From the NCBI GenBank assembly GCA_002256025.1, contig NKIB01014858.1:1-40160 (forward strand): a DNA stretch of 40,160 bases, given 5' to 3'. Below the pieces are notes generated by a model. That model worked only from the letters and a program-made list of their open reading frames with translations. It was not told the DNA's origin and searched no databases. The position numbers and the translations under genes are program-made. This DNA comes from Asterionella formosa. Taxonomy: Eukaryota. Within the stretch, counting starts at the first letter, position 1; each line of letters begins with the position of its first letter. Shown piece by piece: positions 39,745 through 40,160 of this stretch.

Positions 39745-40160
39745 CTATCTTTTACACAATGCAATTTCTAAACGAGCTTGGACAATGTCAGAACTTGAAG
39801 AGTCATAATCTTTATTTTCGAGTTCTTCCAGTTCCTCCCGCGCAACTCTTAGTCGGACCTTATACTTATCCAAGACATCCAGTAGATCATTTTCTCTGCG
39901 TGGTGCAGTTGTAGACTCTAGCAGTCTGAGTTTTGCAACATTTGACTTCTCAAATGATTCCAATGCAATTGCAAGATTTTGAGAAGATGATGTAGGTTTT
40001 TGCGTCAAGATTGCATGTCTTCCCTTCTTTCTAACACTGAAATTGCTTGAAGATTTTGATTTTGATGACAATGTGGTGGCAGTATCGTCAATGTCTATAC
40101 TCTCACGGAAGGCATATTTTGGTAACAGTGGTACAGCCAAATTCAATAGATGTGGAACTT
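39745..40160 (-). pseudogene. 3' part of the probable Harbinger accessory (Myb/SANT-type partner) gene
   Basis: Convergent with the transposase, as in two-gene Harbingers. Ser/Lys-rich linker then a coiled-coil-like tail. The Myb domain would lie outside the window, so the identity is inferred from position. Confidence 0.45.

Larger units (their letters stand above)
38584..40160 (+). mobile_element. Internally deleted PIF/Harbinger transposon, running off the right edge
   Basis: TIR AGGGTCGTTCTTATCATT preceded by TAA, subterminal GTATCA repeats, a transposase remnant and a convergent second ORF. Confidence 0.85.

Overview
Eukaryotic nuclear DNA, most likely from a diatom. The evidence is compact genes, short GT-AG introns with CTAAC/CTCAC branch points, and several bipartite signal-peptide + 'ASAF'-type plastid presequences. 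About 16 protein genes are present: GT60 GlcNAc-transferase, MATE, phytol kinase, ATP-grasp ligase, thylakoid pentapeptide protein, HA-repeat protein, TTC1, PPR-like protein, POP4, RPL44, TAF6, LETM1-like protein, Fpg, GNAT-like protein, DOT1-like methyltransferase and a choline/ecdysteroid-kinase-like protein. Fourteen of them form seven tail-to-tail pairs. The long spacers on the 5' side of genes hold decayed transposons (PIF/Harbinger, LINE, probable pogo and hAT remnants, tRNA-like relics). The most striking unexplained signal is a family of TA-bounded short cores (TA-CCGG-TA, TA-CCWGG-TA, TA-CCAG-TA, TA-CTG-TA), often concatenated and concentrated upstream of genes. A local tandem duplication shows two of them as clean 6-nt 'core + duplicated TA' indels, as expected for serial Tc1/mariner-type excision footprints. 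A candidate intronic box C/D snoRNA lies in the RPL44 5'-UTR intron. All calls are by eye; no searches were run.
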